Shown here: positions 63,017 through 64,000 of the stretch, piece after piece
Numbering within the stretch: the stretch's first letter is position 1
Layout: every line of letters starts with the position of its first letter
Assembly: GCA_964384815.1 (NCBI GenBank)
Contig: CAYLLZ010000001.1
Span: 971,612-1,035,611, forward strand
Direction: 5' to 3'
DNA length: 64,000 bases
Source: an uncultured Afipia sp.
Lineage (GTDB): Bacteria; Pseudomonadota; Alphaproteobacteria; Rhizobiales; Xanthobacteraceae
The notes under the pieces: generated by a model
Told to the model about the DNA's origin: nothing
The model's database searches: none
The model's input: only the letters and a program-made list of their open reading frames with translations
Position numbers and translations under genes: made by a program

Positions 63017-63226
63017 CAAACCCACATGTTTCAAATCTGAGCGGTGTGTATCGGTGGGTAAAGAATTGAATTATCCGCTGTTTCTGCCATGTTCCGGACA
63101 AGCGGACCACGGCATGATCCCGAAGGGCGGGAACCCGTTTTCGGACTGATCTTGCCCGGACAGGAAGATATACGAAGACCTTGGGCGCAGTCGTTCCGGG
63201 GCACAAGCGGGCGTTAAGGAAATCTC

Positions 63227-63979
63227 ATGGCGAAACCGGCGGTTATCGTGGTTGGCGCGGACAAGGGCGGTGTCGGCAAGACCACCGTGTCACGCACCGT
63301 TCTGGACTATTTCAACGCGAACAACATTCCGGCGCGCGCTTTCGACACCGAATCGCCGCGCGGCACGCTGAAGCGGTTCCACCCCGATATTACCGAGATC
63401 GTCGATGTCACCTCGACGTCCGATCAGATGAAGATCTTCGATACGTTGAACGTCGATCAATCGACCGTCACCGTGATCGACGTCCGCGCGGGTCTGCTCT
63501 CGCCCACCCTCGCCTCGCTGCGCGACATCGGCTTCCTCGACGCCGCGCGCTCGGGCCAGATCACCTTCGCGGTGTTTCACATCCTCGGCCCGTCGATCGC
63601 CTCGCTCGACGAGATCGCCGAGACTGCGAAATTCATGGACGGCGCCCGCTACTTCCTGGTGAAGAACTTCATCAACAACACCAGCTTCTTCGAGTGGGAC
63701 CAGGCGACCTACGATTCCTATTTCCACCGCATCAAGAACGCGACCGAGATCACGATCCCCAAGCTCAACGAAATGGCCTATGAGCAGGTCGAGGTTTCCT
63801 CGGTGCCATTCCTGAAATTTGTCGCCAACAAGGGCCAGCGCGACGAGACCGCGAACTACTCGTTCGTGCTGCGCGGCTATGTGCGGCACTGGCTCGGCAA
63901 CGTCTGGGGCGAGTACGATCGCATCAAGCTCACCGACATCGTCGGCAACAAGGACAAGGTCCGCCTCGCCGGCGAATAG
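63227..63979 (+). CDS. orphan ParA/MinD-superfamily P-loop ATPase (small, TraL-like architecture)
   Basis: Deviant Walker A ..VVGADKGGVGKTTV... About 250 aa with no adjacent parB-like gene in the window. AAGGAA RBS. Confidence 0.7.
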   Translation: MAKPAVIVVGADKGGVGKTTVSRTVLDYFNANNIPARAFDTESPRGTLKRFHPDITEIVDVTSTSDQMKIFDTLNVDQSTVTVIDVRAGLLSPTLASLRDIGFLDAARSGQITFAVFHILGPSIASLDEIAETAKFMDGARYFLVKNFINNTSFFEWDQATYDSYFHRIKNATEITIPKLNEMAYEQVEVSSVPFLKFVANKGQRDETANYSFVLRGYVRHWLGNVWGEYDRIKLTDIVGNKDKVRLAGE

Positions 63980-64000
63980 CGCTTGCCAGCCTTCGCATCT

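Overview
This is a high-GC (roughly 65% by eye) stretch of core chromosome. It looks like a Bradyrhizobiaceae/Nitrobacteraceae-type alphaproteobacterium, judging by small secreted proteins of the DUF3551, DUF1236, DUF2147 and DUF3096 families and by 'CGTCATGCCCGG...CCGGCCATGACG' nested-palindrome repeats. I support about 61 protein genes, 3 tentative small ORFs and one tRNA-Pro(CGG). Gene content is housekeeping: NAD synthesis (nadA, nadB, nadC plus a NadQ-like regulator), glyQ and glyS, ppdK, smc, ccrM, mutY, tag, a family-4 UDG, rnhB, ispB, ispE, ribB, pyrC, moaB, gcdH and ETF-QO. Many alpha-specific DUF proteins are interspersed. I see no transposase, integrase, prophage, CRISPR array or recognisable defence gene. 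I cannot honestly point to a clear novel multi-gene system. Many long ORFs in the supplied track are antisense shadow ORFs or 5' over-extensions caused by the high GC, so I re-picked starts where homology, RBS or signal-peptide logic allowed. The observations most worth a second look are these. (1) An ~86-bp nested-palindromic repeat is read through in frame inside the essential glyS gene, with sister copies in the nadA-nadB spacer and just after smc. (2) A Cys-phosphatase-fold gene is translationally coupled to the NadQ-like regulator, and two GCTC-N5-GAG palindromes lie upstream of nadA. (3) A perfect alphaproteobacterial SOS box (GAAC-N7-GAAC) sits in front of a PA0069-family radical-SAM gene. 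(4) The ccrM leader carries two GANTC sites and a CtrA-like box. (5) A perfect DnaA box plus a near-perfect one lie upstream of smc, next to dciA. (6) PpdK carries a 63-aa Lys/Ala/Pro-rich N-terminal extension. All functional calls rest on motif recognition and recalled family knowledge. No database search was run.
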